A stretch of 64,000 nt of DNA, from assembly GCA_028534125.1 (NCBI GenBank), contig CM052817.1, positions 22,012,001 through 22,076,000 on the forward strand. Direction: 5' to 3'. The notes below the pieces were generated by a model. It was not told the DNA's origin. It made no database searches and worked only from the letters and a program-made list of their open reading frames with translations. Below, piece by piece: positions 25,548 through 39,866 of this stretch (within the stretch, counting starts at the first letter, position 1; every line of letters begins with the position of its first letter). The DNA comes from Lama glama. Lineage: Eukaryota. Position numbers and translations under genes: made by a program.

Positions 25548-26098
25548 TATCAGTTAAGATATTTTCAGCTGGAGAAGAGAGAAAATACAATTATAATTAG
25601 TTTTAAAAGAAAAGTTGATAAAAAGAAGTCTTGTGTAAGGCAGAGCCAGCTCAAGAGCCAGGATCTTTCATCTTTCCTTTCCACTATCCTCAGAATTTTG
25701 ACTTTCAAACTTGGCTTGATGCCCTGAAGGTTACAACACTGCTGCAGTTCCAGTCATCATGTCCTCAAATAAACCACTTGGCAGAGGAGAAAGTGATAGC
25801 CCCCCACCTGTCTTTTTATCAGGAAAAAAAAATCCTTCTGCAGGTCCCCAAAAGCACATTTCATTTTTGTGTCATTAGTCACAGTTACATCACATGACCA
25901 CGCCTGAGCCAGTCACTTGCAAAAGGAAAAACATGGTTATTACAAGCTTTGTCTAATCAACATTTTGTCTGGGGGCTGGGAAGGGGACCACTTTCTCTGA
26001 GTACCTGGGCCATCAATTCCTAAACAGAAGCCAGCTTCTTATAGCAAGGAATAAGGAGCTAATGGCTGCTGGGTGGGCTATCTACAGCATCTGCCACA
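25548..26098 (-). mobile_element. MLT1J/K-like LTR inserted into an L2 3' fragment (L2 flanks about 25490-25547 and 26099-26240)
   Basis: tatcagttaagatattttcagctg...tcacatgaccacgcctgagccagtcact...tgggtgggctatctacagcatctgccaca. Confidence 0.75.
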
Positions 26099-27089
26099 CC
26101 TTCCAGTGTGCTTCTGTAGCATTGCCGCGGTACTTGTCTGTTTCCCGTATGTGACTGTACATTTCCACAAGACTGCGGATTGGCTTATCTATCTGCCAAG
26201 TCTCATAAACAGTAGGTGATTTCATTAAGTGAACAAACTAATACTGGACGCTACCTTGTGGTATAAACGGTCAATATGTTCTCAGGATGTATCAAGCTAG
26301 AGTGTCTGTGCTGCTCTGTGGGCTACAGGAAATCTACAAGTTCTTTCACTAACAGGCCTCAGAAATCATGGAAGAGTAAGTTAAATTCTAATCTTTCTCT
26401 CTGTTTTGCTTTTTTTAATTTTTTATTAAATTTCACCATAGTATTTCTACATTGCATGGGTCACCTTTAGTACTATAGGTAGGACACTTTAAAATACATA
26501 TGCGTGCATATATACTGGAGAAGGATGTTCTGTTTTGTCATTCCATTGTTCCATAAGCAGGGAAAAGGCTATGTTTCATTTTTCTTATCATATATTTAGT
26601 AGAAGAAACAATATCTACTTACAGCTTACAAAAGAAAGTCTAGTGCAAAAACAAAGTACTAATTAATTTCCATTCATGTGATGTTATTATAATGTCTCTG
26701 AAAGACAGCTTAAGGCATAGTGAAGGAATAATGTGTTTTTTTTTTCATTTTGAAACAAATGAACTCATCTTGGATTCTAACTTCCAAATTAGTTTTGTAA
26801 AATAAAGTTCAGTCTGTAAAAGGAATGCACTATAATTAAGGAAAAGCAGTAGAATATATATATATAGGTCATATACATAGAAAAAATGAAAGATGTAATA
26901 TTCTAGAGGAAATCATGTTTTAGTTTCCTTTGAGAAATAAAATGGAACTTTTATTCTTACAACCATATAAAAGTAGCATAGAATTAAAAAATAACATGTG
27001 TTTCAGTACCCATAGAAGTTAATTAAATATACTATTTAGATATATAGATATGGATATTATCTTTACAGAGATATATCCTTTACTCAAGT

Positions 27090-27270
27090 AGCATTTCTCA
27101 ACAGTGGCACAGCTGACATTTGGGGGCTGGATAACCCTTCGTTGCAGCATCCCTGGTCTCTGTCCACTAGATGTTGGTAGCATCAGCCCAGTTGTGACTC
27201 TGAAAAATGTCTCCAAACATTTCTAAATATCCCAAGGAGGGCAAATACACCTCTGGTTGAGAACCGCTAC
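27090..27270 (-). mobile_element. MER20 hAT-Charlie MITE
   Basis: tttctcaac...gcagcatccctggtctctgtccactagatg...aaaatgtctccaaacatt...ggttgagaaccgct. Confidence 0.85.
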
Positions 27271-28413
27271 TGTAGATTAGCATAATTACAGAACTTTACA
27301 TTTTAAAATATAACAGGTTAAAAATATATAGGTTTGGTAAGGCTAGTGGTTTTGAATTAGGTGATTGATATTGGAACCGTGTGCTATGAGAACTAAAGAA
27401 AGACAATGAGTTTGTTTGTAAGAAAATCACCATCCTTATTCTTTGTTCTGCAAGACGACTTATTAGGTCTCTCCCACCCGGCCAACTGCAGTAGAAGAAA
27501 GAAAGAAAACTCACTAATCCAATAAATATTTAGCAATCCGGGATTCCGCATTAATTACCTCACTAAATTTTTTAGTCAAAAGGCATTTATTTTGTCACCA
27601 AAATGATTATCTAGAAGTGAAAAAGTAAACAAAAAAAACTGAAATATTAAAACAGAAGAATGTACAAAGCAGTTGAGAAACTTGGAGAAGTTAAGTAAAT
27701 TTTCATAAATCGTTCAGGAAATCTTTTCCACAGGATATGATATTGGAACTGGATTTTAAAAGAGAACAAAATTCCAGAAGATGAAACAAACTGTAAAATA
27801 TATGGTTGCACACTTGAGAACTCCAAGTAATTCACAGGACTGGAACAAAGAAATACCAAGAAGAAATGGCCTCTAATTTGAAGTAGAGGCCAGGATAGAA
27901 AACAAAGCTTCATTGTGAGAGGGTAATTATATTGTGCCAAAATAATTAGGCTCTTTCCCTGTAGATTTTAAATAGTTCAATGATGTAATTAGAACTGTAA
28001 TTTAGAAATGCTACCATGTTTGTGTATGAATATTTAAATATGAAACAAAGGACTGAAAACAAGGAAAACCAATACAAAATTATGAGAGAAAAGATGAAGG
28101 TTCAAAATAAATCAGTGAAGACATAGAACACGAGTAAAACATTCGGATTGTATCAAAGTGTTATAAATGAGACTTTTTAAAGATAAAGCAAGAAGGAGGC
28201 AGATGCAGAGCGTTCAATGACAAAATGACTGCCATGCTTCCCATGCTGCAGGTGCATGAAACAATTAAAATGGAAGAATGTTCTCTGAATGTGTGACTTG
28301 AACTCATTGGCGATTTTGGTGCAAGTAGTTACAGTGGAAAGGTGAGGGCTGAATCAAGATGCCTGAGGATATAGAAGGAAGAGAAAGATTCAAGAGTGCT
28401 TACAGAAGGACAC

Positions 28414-28903
28414 TGTGGGAGGCAGAATAATGGCCTCCCAGAAATGCCCACATTGTAACCCCCAGTGAATGTAAGTTGCATAGCAAGAGAATTGAGGTCT
28501 CAGACAGACTTAAATTAGCTAATCAATTGACCTTAAAATAGGTGAGTAGCCTGGACCATTCAGGTGTGCCCAATCTAAAGATGAGGGTCTTTAAAAGTGA
28601 GAGAGGGCTGAAAAAGAGGTTGGAATCTGAGGAAGATGTCACCACCGGAGAATGGTCAGAGAGATGTGACACAGCTAGCTTCAAAGATGGAGGTAAGGTG
28701 TCCCAAGCTATGGGATGTGGGTGACCTCTAGAGGCTGGAAAAAGCAAGAGGTTGGACCTGTCCCATCTCCTTGTTTTACTACTAGATTCAGTGAAACCTG
28801 TGTTGGACTTTTACCCTATCCAACTCTAAGATAATAAATTTACATTGTTTTAAGCCATGAAGTTTGTGGTAATTGTTTATTGCAGCAATGGAAAATTCAT
28901 GCA
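28414..28903 (+). mobile_element. MLT1D-like LTR
   Basis: tgtgggaggcagaataatggcctccc...gacctctagaggctggaaaaagcaag...tttgtggtaattgtttattgcagcaatggaaaa. Confidence 0.85.
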
Positions 28904-28941
28904 GGAATCTTAGCAGGAAGAAACACTTTTTTCCTTAAGAC

Positions 28942-29680
28942 ATTTATTTATTCATTAAAAATATATTTACTGAACTGTTCTACCAGTTGCAGATATAGTT
29001 ATGAAGAAAACAGACAAAAATCCCTCTACCAGAGAACTTCACATTCCATAAACAAATTTGCATATGTGGTATATTAAGTGTTAATTAGGACCACGAGGAA
29101 ACAAACAAAATAAGTGAATGAGACTAGTCATATTGAGGTTCAAAAGTTGTGATTTTAAGTGAAGTAGTTAAATCTTCATTAACAACTGAGTATTTGAACA
29201 GACCTGAAGTAACAAAGCAAGTCATGTATATGACTGAGGTAAAAACAAACAAGGAATAGGAAACCGCAAGTCCAGTAGCAAAATCACAGCTGTCTTGAGT
29301 CAGTTATGGGTGATGAGCAACAAGTGCGAAAGATTTTACAGATCGCAATACTAATGACTTTGGCAATTATTCTAATGCAAAATAAAATCCATTGCAATAT
29401 TTTAAGTAAAGGACATGGTTTGACTTGCATTTTTTAAAGGATTTCTGGTTAGGGTTTTGAAAACAGATGATCAGGCGTTAGACTTGAAACAAACCAAGGG
29501 GTAAGCATTTTCTGTAATCTGGGAAAGACTTAATGGTGGATTGGATCTAGTTTCTAGGAGTGGTCATGGAAGGAAGTGCTGGATTTGGGGGAAAAAATTG
29601 AATGAAGAGTCTCCTGGACTGGATGTGGTGTTTGAAAAAAATACAGTTGAGGATGAATCTATGGGACATGTTTAGTTTAA
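28942..29680 (-). mobile_element. L2 3' portion
   Basis: Begins atttattcattaaaaatatatttactga (reverse L2 tail), followed by the purine-rich L2 body. Confidence 0.75.
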
Positions 29681-29761
29681 CACCTGTGATAATACTCAGC
29701 CTCTAGGAGAAGATGGGGAGACAATGGGAAGAAAACTTACAAATGAAGTAGAAGACTGTGT

Positions 29762-29990
29762 TAATAATAATCACAATGAGTTACATTTTGATAACTTTCA
29801 AATACAAAACCTCATTTGATAGTTATAAATAACCTCCTGTACTGTTTGGAGTTGTTATCCTCATTTTACAAATGAAAAATAGTAGAACAAGGGAGGTTAA
29901 TCGACCTGCTCAAAGCCATCATTATTGAGTGAGAGAGTCAGGTCAGGTTTACTTGGTGCCAGAAAACCTCTTTCATGTAGCAGTAATTAT
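29762..29990 (-). mobile_element. MIR SINE
   Basis: ttatcctcattttacaaatgaaaaa...gaggttaatcgacctgctcaaagcca. Confidence 0.7.
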
Positions 29991-32199
29991 GCTGAAGAGT
30001 TTCTGTGTTGTTACTCTTTGTTTCCTTCTTGCCATTTGGAAAATAAGTATTACACGAAGAGTGAAATTTTAAAAATGCTTTTGGGTAAAATTACCTTGAG
30101 GCTATCTTCAAGTCTTTGTTTATATAGATAGAATATTGGAGTCACAAGCATTGTAAGAAAATTGAGAAATCATTACTGTATGTCCTACTTCAAATAGACA
30201 TATATTTAAATATTTCCTAACATGTAAGAATATATTGCTTTTCAACAGGCTCTCATTAGGAAGGAAACATGAGCCTCACAATGTTTATCAAATTTTTAAG
30301 CTGCAAAGTTCCAAATGTCATTTAGTAATTGTAAACTGTACATTCTGTTGTCTTGGTGAAATCTAAGATTGGAATCTTTGCTATGCAAAGTATTACATTT
30401 TGCATGAAAAAGTAAATTTTATTAACATGATGGCATGCTTGGACTGTGTTTGAGATTACTATGATGATGACTTCAGGGACAAAAGTAATAACTCCTCTTA
30501 CCAAATTTCTATGAAAAGATAAAAATAGAGTCTAGATAATGGAAAAAAATACAATTTTCTGATGCTTTATTTTTCTGAGGCACATGGGCATTTAAATGAC
30601 TTGATTGAAAAGAAAATAGCATAAAAGTAGTAACTAGGATAAGGACAGAGAGAGAAGTCCAAAGTAAGAGACAATTTACAGCATAGTTTTGAAAGGATAC
30701 TCCCAATTTGTAGATCAGGAAAATGTAATCTTAAATTTTAGGGCCATTTTCTTATAGTTTCTTTGCTATTGTGAGCATTCTTCACTTCTCTTGATAAAAG
30801 GACTTATATAAATGGTAGACATTACTTCTTTGTGGTATATTTCATTGCCTGGTGAATTCATTATCACTGTATTTTCTTGAGATGGAATTTATAAACACAA
30901 ATAATGAATGACAGAAAAATACTGCTCAGCTCATTAAGGTTGAATTTAGAAAATAACTACTGAAAATGTTTCAGAAGAGGTTTTAAACTTTAAATAATTT
31001 GTAAAGGAAATCTAAGTTTGTTACTTACAAATATAGGTTTAAATGATAGAAAGATAATCCTTGAATCCAAGAAAGTAATTGGTATATGCCTCATTTGACT
31101 TTTGTGTTAAAATGTCTGCATTTACAAAAGTTTTTTTATACACGTAGATATTAAATGTATTGGTATTTATATACAATAGGTATTATGTGTATAGGTACAC
31201 ATATATAATTCTGTGTCTGTGTGTGCATATATATGTAAATTTTTTCTGAAGCCTGTTTGGAATCACTTGACCTAGGAAGCCTGTGAGTCATGAAGACCAT
31301 AAACAAACAGAATAACATATCACATCACTCTCAGTGGAGGTCTAGTATTGAGAATATTTATTGAGGTTTAAGAAATCTTGGTAGCCTATGGGTAGCTACA
31401 AATTTAATGAAAAAGAAACCCCACTTGGTCTTGAATCTCTGTGTGCTACAGGATACAAATCTGTACAATATGTTGTTCACATACTGTTTGGTACTTGTTA
31501 GTCTTTTTTTGTGAACAATATAAATTTGAACTATATGAGGAAATGTTCATTTTCTTTAATGTATGTTTTAAATGTACTTCCCAAAGCATTGTACATTTGT
31601 CCATCTGTAGTTTTTTTGTTTTGTTTTGTTTTTTAATTTTGAAATTCTTGCTCCGCTGGTTTCAAAGCGGAGTGAGATGCAGGACCTGCCCTATTAACAT
31701 AGACTGATCTAATTATAAATATTTTTGACTTTTTTCAAATGTAATTTACCTTAAATTGCAAATGCTATTCTTTTATATAGGGGCTAATTATTTGCAGCAT
31801 CTTCACCTGAGCTTGTGAAATATGGGGAAAAAAGCACAGTCTTCCTTAGATAACATATAAAGCAGACACTTGGCAATGTATAGAGTATATTGCAGAATTA
31901 AATAAACTGAAGATTTATCCATGAGAAAATGAATAAGAATAATTGAAACTGAATATATAGGCCTTGAACAAGTTAACAGCTCATTGTAGACTAGCGGGGG
32001 CTAAGAAAAACATGGGAACCAGAAATCTACCTGCAAAATAAAAAACCTCAAAGTTACAAATGCTTTCAATAAAAATATTAAAACCATGATTGATAATAAT
32101 GAGAATAAAACTTTTATATGATTTCCCAGCTTGGACTCTGTGTGTGTACATGTGTTTGCATTTCTATGTGAACACAGTCTAGACATATACATACATGCA

Positions 32200-32390
32200 T
32201 ACACATTTTAATTCCTTTAATTTTCACAATCCGATACAATAGGTATTATTATCTGACTTTTACAGATGAGGAAAAGTCAAATTTTTTACTTTTTGTGGAT
32301 GAGTAAAAAACTTTTACAGAGGAGTTACATGATTCAAGTCACACAGCTAATGTGAGAGTTCAAGCTTAAACTGACTTCCAAGACTGACCA
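32200..32390 (-). mobile_element. MIR SINE
   Basis: aggtattattatctgacttttacagatgaggaaaa...aagtcacacagcta. Confidence 0.7.
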
Positions 32391-34101
32391 TCATGTGTCT
32401 GCAGCAAAAAAGTCATCTTAGAAATCTAGCCCCTTGAAAACCTGGCTACCACATGCTTTCTCTTGAATCAGCACATAATATCACAGAAAATAAAGAGAAT
32501 GAACATACAAGTGTACCAGGGTGTCAGAAAATGCTTCATATAGGAAGTAAATTTTGAGACTTAAGAAAAGACTGGTAACATTTTCTTTGGCTCTGAAGCT
32601 GTTTAACAATATGGATCACCATGAATGTTTTTATATATATACACACACACACATACACACACATAATAATAGCATATGTACATCCAGAATATTTGATATA
32701 TGTGTATAAGTGTGTAAGTATTTGTACTAGATCTTGATTATTACTAGAAAATACTGTATTCAGTTGCTAGGGCAAAAATTATGAACAGAAATAGTTGCTG
32801 AGACTAGAAACATGGCTTGTATTCACACCATAAATAATAATCATAAATTATTCATGTCATAACTTTATTTAAAGTAATATACACAAAGAAATTTTTCATC
32901 ATTAGACTAAATTGTGAGGGATGTATTAGAAATGTTGGTGGAAAATTGTCACCTTATTTGCCAAGACAGGAATGATAATAGTTTTATTTCACTCCTATTA
33001 AAAAGTGAATATTCATACTTTACACCTCCTTTCTCTTTACTCTTCAAATTTGCCCTCATATCAGGCCTTCAGACTCAGAAAAGTTGAACAAATTTTACTA
33101 TTAAAATTTTACAGTTTTACTTAGTTTGAAGGTACTAAGTAAAAAAAGTAATAAATATACCACCCGCCATTTCCTCTTCTTTTCTGTGTCTATCTGAATT
33201 TGTATATTAATAATAATGAAAGCAGCTGCTTCACACCAGGAGATTGGGTGTAGGATGTATTCAGGGTTCACACTGATTTCATTCTAATTATTTGAGGTTT
33301 ATTGAGACATCCTTTATGCCATAAGGTGAGATCACTTTTCATAAAATATTCTATCTATGCATAAGAAGGAAGTGTATTCTAGTTTTTAGTGCAATGTTTT
33401 ATTTATTTCAATTAGATCAAACCTCTTAATTGTTGAAATGCTCTGCTTACTAATTTATCTGTCTGATAGATCTACCAGTTACTATGGGAAATATGGCAAA
33501 ATCTCTTAACTTTAGTAACAGACTTGTCAATTTCTCCTTATAGTTTTTTCCTTTAATTTTTTGCTTTGTATATTTTGGAGCTACACTATTAGGTGCATAC
33601 ATGTTGAGAATTGTGTCTTCCTGGTTAGCTGAGTTCTTTTATAACTATATAGTGATCCTTTTAATTCCCAATAATGTTTTCCTTTGTATGACTTCAGATA
33701 TTAATATAAACCATTGTCATGTTTCAAAAAATTCCTTCAAAAATATGTATTTATAGTCTTTGATGTTCTACTTTCTTTTTTAGGCATATTTTATGTAACC
33801 AGCATAGATTTAAACCAGTATTATAAATGTTTTCTTGTAACTAGAGAGTTTACTCCATTAACATTTATTTCTACTACCATAATACCTGCTTTCTATTTTT
33901 CCATTGTTTTGTTCTTGTCATTTTTTAATATTGATTTAGTGTTTTTAAGTTTCTCATCCCATTTCCCCCCCACCATACTTGTTTGGAAGTTATATGCCCT
34001 ATGTTTATCTTGGGATTTAGGTAGATACTTTTTTTTTAAAGATAATTACTTTAATTGTCTAAGTTTTCACTTACACAACATAATAAAGGCAGACTTATGT
34101 G

Positions 34102-34816
34102 ATGGAAAACAGTGTGGAGATTCCTCAAAAGACTAGGAATAGACTTACCATATGACCCAGGAATCCCACTCCTGGGCTTGTATCCAGAAGGAAATCTACT
34201 TCAGGATAACACCTGCACCCCAATGTTCATAGCAGCACTATTTACAATAGCCAAAACATGGAAACAGCCTAAATGTCCATCAACAGGTGACTGGATAAAG
34301 AAGAGGTGGTATATTTATACAATGGAATACTACTCAGCCATAAAAACCGACAACATAATGCCATTTGCAACAACATGGATGCTCCTAGAGAATGTCATTC
34401 TAAGTGAAGTAAGCCAGAAAGAGAAAGAAAAATACCATATGAGATCANNNNNNNNNNNNNNNNNNNNNNNNNNNNNNNNNNNNNNNNNNNNNNNNNNNNN
34501 NNNNNNNNNNNNNNNNNNNNNNNNNNNNNNNNNNNNNNNNNNNNNNNGACTCATGGACAGAGAATACAGACTTGTGGTTACCAGGGGGGTGGAGGGTGGG
34601 AAGGGATAGACTGGGATTTCAAAATTGTAGAATAGATAAACAAGATTACACTGTATAGCACAGGGAAATATACACAAAATGTTATGATAAATCACAGAGA
34701 AAAAAATGTGACAATGAGTGTGTATATGTCCATGAATGACTGAAAAGTTGTGCTGAACACTGGAATTTGACACAACATTGTAAAATGATTATAAATCAAT
34801 AAAAAATGTTAAAAAA
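34102..34816 (+). mobile_element. Young 5'-truncated LINE-1 with perfect 17-bp TSD
   Basis: Uninterrupted ORF2p C-terminus (WRFLKRLGIDLPYDPGIPLLGLYP...CTPMFIAALFTIAKTWKQPKCP...), AATAAA and A tail. TSD aaaggcagacttatgtg at 34085-34101 and 34817-34833. Confidence 0.97.
34448..34547. other. Assembly gap (100 N)
   Basis: Seen directly. Confidence 1.
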
Positions 34817-36009
34817 AAAGGCAGACTTATGTGGCATGATATGACATTTTTCCAAAAAAGTCCCCCAACATCTGGCCAGTAGTATATAAATATTTACAAT
34901 GAAAAATAGGCAAGGAAAAAGGAAATCTTTATTTTTCAAGTCAATTCCTTTCTAATGTTTATCAGAAGTTTAGAAATAAAATACTTCATTAACTTTCTAG
35001 TCATCCATATTTACATGTTGCTTCCACCAATGTTTTAAGAAGCCTAGTCTTAAGGATGTTTTGTTTTACATCACTCCTGTTCTTTTTCTACACTATTTTC
35101 CAAGTTATCTGAAAGAGTAAATTAAATATAAAACTGTAAACTTTGAAGAAAGAGAAAGAATAAACATGTTTAAATGCACTGAGATAGAAAGGTCCTTACA
35201 GAGGTCAATATTTCACAACACTAAAGACTCTCACTAAAATTCTAAAGATATTTAGTGTCTCCACCTCCCTTCCTAATAATAAAAGAATCTTGGAATACTT
35301 AAGTCTTATCAAGATCATTCCTGCTTCCATTCTTTCCTGTTCAGTATACTAATTCTAGCTTATTTTTGCCTGGTTACCCCAAATTAAGCATTTAAAAATT
35401 TCTTGCTGCCAATTAGTTTAGACTGGCCTAATTATTTATCATTTTTATCCACCCCTGCTTTTTTGTGATTCAGTCCACATCAGGGAATGAGTTTCCTTCT
35501 TTAAATATCTCCTTTAGAACTTCTGTTAGTGACAATATGTTGAGGTTAACCTTTCTTGGCTAATTTTTTATCTCAAAATGTTTATTTCACTCTCATTTTT
35601 AAGGAATAATTTTGCTTGATGCAAAGTTAGAGTTTGCCAGAAATTTTCTTTTGACTCTTTAAAGATACTCTTCTGTTGTTTTCTGACTGCCATTGTTTTA
35701 TATACAGAAGTTACCTTTAAATTTATTTATCATTCCTTTGTAGTTGTCTTTCATTGGCTGCAATTCAAATCATCTTATATGGTTTGGCGTTCTGAAGTTT
35801 CATCATAAGGGGAAATTATGTGAAACAATGTGTTTTTCCTTGTATTTCACTTGGAATTTACTAGATTTTCTAGATATAAGTATTGGTGCATTAAACAATT
35901 CTGGATAATTCTTAGTCATTCCGTCCTGATATAATGTCTTTCCTATTTTCTTTATTTTCTTCTTCTGGAATTCTGACGAGGTGTATGTTATAGCTTCTTC
36001 TCTAACTTC

Positions 36010-36423
36010 CATGGGTAGGCCTGACCTAGTTAGGTGAACCCCTTTAAAAATAGGTCTCCAAATTCTGAGATGGAGGAAGTCAGAGGGAGTAGAAGCAGCA
36101 AAGATACTTTCCTGTTGGCCTTGAAAAAGCAAACTGCCATGTTGTGGGGAGAGCCATGTGACAGGGAGTGGCAGGAGGCCTCCAGGAGCTGAGGTTCTGA
36201 GTCCTGTAATCATAAGAAACTGAATTCTTCCAATAACCAGAGAGCTTTGGAAAAAACCCTGGGCCTCAGATCACATTCTGAGCCCATAGTTTGATTTTCT
36301 GAACAGAGGATCCAGTTAAGCCATGCCCAGACTACTGACACACAGAAACTCTGAAATCACTTATTTGTATTATGTATGCTGTGCTTGTGGTAATTGTTAC
36401 ACAGCAATAGAAAAACCAATACA
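36010..36423 (+). mobile_element. MLT1E/F-like LTR (5' truncated)
   Basis: aaactgccatgttgtggggagagccatgtg...aagaaactgaattctt...ggtaattgttacacagcaatagaaaaaccaataca. Confidence 0.8.
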
Positions 36424-37289
36424 GTCATTAATTAATGAAGAAACCAGCAAGATACTACAACTGATTCAAAGGAGAATTCAAATAGCACAGGTATATAGGC
36501 AATCAGGGATGCTGAAATGAATTGACAAATAGATACAAAACTGGTCAATATCCACAAGGCAGTGGCCAACTACATTCACTGAATAAAACTCATTTGCATT
36601 TCTATGAACAAGTATCATTGACATTGCTATCAGTTTTTTTTTCCCTACAACTTACAGAGTTGTAGAATTCAAAGACAGTATGTGATATTTGATCTACTTA
36701 TTTCAAACATTATTAAAAGAGTACAGAAAAACATGTATTTGGGACTGTTACTCATATGGAGAGTATAATTATTAAAACCATCCAAAACAAATGAGTAGTA
36801 GCCACTTGAGTCTCTGTTAGAAATACTTAGAAGCAAGAGCATTAACAAAGAGGTACCAGTAATACTTTTGCCAAAGCAAGCCATATGTTGTTTTGCTATG
36901 CAGCAGTGCTCTATCATACAGGAAAAAATATCTCCCCAAATTTATTCACCTGATTATCTATTGCCTGGAAATTCTATTTGAGAAGCTCAACAAACACCTT
37001 GCAGTGAAAACGAATAGAGAAAGAAATGTGCTGTGCATGGAAAGTGAAATTTTACATGTACAAATTTAGAAATGTCAAATGCTAATAACTGACCCAATAA
37101 TCATTGTAAAAGGAAATCATCCTTCTCAGATATTTCTCTGAATTATCTAAAAGGCATGTGCTGATCTTTAAACTGAAAAATTTTAAGAACTGCTTGCTTT
37201 CTTGAGAAATCTATTTGTTTTCTTGACGATCCTTTGTTCAAACAGCTGATTTCTCTGCTACAACATAGCTGTTCAGTGCTGTGTTGTTA

Positions 37290-37490
37290 TGTTTTCTTTT
37301 GTTTCTTTTTAACATTTTTTATTGATTTATAATCATTTTACAATATTGTGTCAAATTCCAGTGTTCAGCACAATTTTTCAGTCATTCATGGACATATACA
37401 CACTCATTGTCACATTTTTTTTTCTGTGAGTTATCATAACATTTTGTGTATATTTCCCTGTGCTATACAGTGTAATCTTTATCTATTCTA
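37290..37490 (-). mobile_element. Young L1 extreme 3' end, same subfamily as 34102-34816
   Basis: Near-identical reverse complement of about 34630-34815. Confidence 0.95.
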
Positions 37491-38077
37491 TTCAGTCATG
37501 AAAAGCTCTGTGGCTTTGAGGATATGTGTAGGAAGATTGTATTTTTGCATACTTTGTATCCTGGCAAGAAATCATTACGATGTGGGATGTACAGTGTCAC
37601 ATGATTTTTCCTGTATTTTTTCTTTCCATTTCATCCGAGTGGAAGTTTAGAGCTAGCAGTGGGCTATTTTCTGTTTAGACTGGGAAGTACAAGAGGCTGT
37701 TGCCAGAATTTGGATGTGAGAACTATTAAGATATAGGTAAAAGCTGTCTAGACTTTGACAAATCCAAGTGGCTAAGTTTCATTTGTATCCTATACCAGGT
37801 GCAGAGAGAATAAACTTTGCATTTGAAATTTCTTACTCTTTGGCTCTGATATTCAAATAATATTTTAGTGTTCAGGGATTCTACTGGGCTACTGAAGATT
37901 CCTGGGGTTCACTGATAGGGCCATATGGAATGAAATTAGGGTCAGTTGATGTACAGAGTTGACCAGCTTTGTAATCTAAGAAACTCTGCTTATACATGTT
38001 TTGCATACTGATTTCTACAAGGATTTTATTTGGAAAATAGAATCTGTTCTCAATTTTTAAAAAATATTGAAACTAAA

Positions 38078-38664
38078 CTACATTAATTTCCTATTGCTAG
38101 GCAACAGATTACAAAACAACTGACAACTTAAACCAATTCCCATTTATTTTCTCACAGTTATGTAGGTCAGTAGTTCAGGTAGACCCAACTGGGTTCTCTG
38201 CTTAGGGTTATCACAAGGTTGGAATAAATGTGTCGGCTAGGCTGAATTCTTAACTATAAATCCTGAGGAAGAATCTGCTTCCCTGCATTTAGGTTACTGG
38301 CCAAATTCAGCAGCCTTGTTTCTGGGGGACCTCAGTCCTTGTTTCTTTGTTGGTACTTGGCTAGGGACTGCTGTCAGCTTCTACAAGCGGCTGATATTCC
38401 TTGCCCTATGACACCTTTAAAAGCCATTGAGGATGAGTCAAGTCCCTTTCACACATGAAATCTCTCTGACTTCTTCTGCTACCTGCCAGAGAACACTCTC
38501 TGCTCTTGAGGGTTTATGAAATTTTTTAGGCTCTCTAGATCCTCCCCCAATTTCAAGGTCAACTGAATCATGTAACATAATCATGGAGGTGATATACCAT
38601 CATTATTCAGTCTCCAGAATTATGACTGAAATTCTTAGGAGCATTTTAGGATTCTACTAACACA
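38078..38664 (-). mobile_element. MLT1E-like LTR
   Basis: cattaatttcctattgct...catttattttctcacagttatgtaggtcag...gcattttaggattctactaacaca. Confidence 0.8.
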
Positions 38665-39719
38665 TTAAATTATATCTGTAGTTGAAATGGTGTCAAGGGT
38701 AAATATGCGTGGAGGTACTTGATACAAAATCATTCAGTGTATCTGGAAATTCTTTTATGTGGCCCTTGGGGTGGTATCCTTGTGATCAAGAATTGGTAAT
38801 AAATGTTTTGATAGGCTTGGTGTAAGTAAATTGTATGAAGAAAAAAGTTAAATTAGGTACCGCTGTATTAAGGGAAAGTTCTCAAATTAAGACAAAAAAA
38901 AAAGCGGTCAGTTTTGATAATGCAAAGTTTTTTGTTTTTTGGTTTTTTTTAAGAGAAGCCCTAATTTCAGTATTTACATTTCTTTTAAAATATATAATAA
39001 GATTTTTATATCACCAAATACAACCTAATTACTTTGAGCTTATTTTAATGAATATTATTAGAGAAGGAAATGAATATTTGTTTGACTCTGATTCTTAGCA
39101 CTTCTTATTTTTTAGAGTAGAGACTGTCTCCTCTTTGTCTCCAAACATAAGTGTCTCTGTGCAAAGCATTAATAATTGGTACTACCTTTCTTGTTTCAGT
39201 AGTATATAGTAGCTGAGAAATTTCTAGAGCTTGAGCCTTGCGATTCCAACATATGTCAACTGGGAAAAATTTCACAGTGCTTAGAAAGTAGGGGTAAGCA
39301 TATGTAAAAAGGACTATTTTTTTACCTAATCACATTCCTTAAAATGAATGGAATTGTATATTTAAAATCTGCATTCTTCATTCAGAGGAACTTTTTTTTT
39401 AATAACCATTAGGCAAAATACTTAATACTATACCTAAGAAGGAATCTGCTTATGATTTTTGGTTCTTTGTTTTTTCTTTACAGCATTATATATGGTGTTT
39501 ACTATACTAAATAAAAGTCAGTTGTTGTGACAGGACATTAGGAAGATGAGAAAGTAAAACCAGGGAGCATAAGAAATAAAGGAGAGCTAGGTCATGCTTC
39601 TAAATATATAAATTAACAGCTCTATAAAAATAATCTAGTTGAATAAATAAAATGGAACCTGAAAAATGAAAAAAGTATATGAAGCAAAAGAAATATTTAG
39701 AATGTATCAACCTCGTATG

Positions 39720-39866
39720 TTCTTTATTTTATTTTATTGCATTTTTATTGAAGTACAGTCAATTACAGTGTGTCAGTCTCTGGTGTACAGCATAATGTAC
39801 CAATCATGCATATACATACATATATTTGTTTTCATATTTTTTCCATTAAAAGTTATTACGAGATAT
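39720..39866 (-). mobile_element. L1 extreme 3' end (related to the 10543-11545 subfamily)
   Basis: ttttattgaagtacagtcaattacagtgtgtcagtctctggtgtacagcataatgt, the reverse of an L1 3'UTR terminus. Confidence 0.85.

Larger units (their letters stand above)
33285..36000 (-). mobile_element. Ancient L1M fragments (interrupted by a young L1)
   Basis: T-rich antisense L1 motifs: tttgctttgtatattttggagctacactattaggtgcatac and tttattgagacatcctttatgcc. Confidence 0.7.

Noticed and set aside
31650..31672. Hairpin CTCCGCT...AGCGGAG (also short inverted repeats near 19929-19958 and 53190-53214)
   Set aside because: Stems of 7-9 bp are expected by chance in 64 kb, and there is no RNA-gene context.
34112..34773. 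165-aa and 147-aa ORFs as long genes
   Set aside because: Lengths are inflated by the N gap. They are the sense and antisense readings of an L1.
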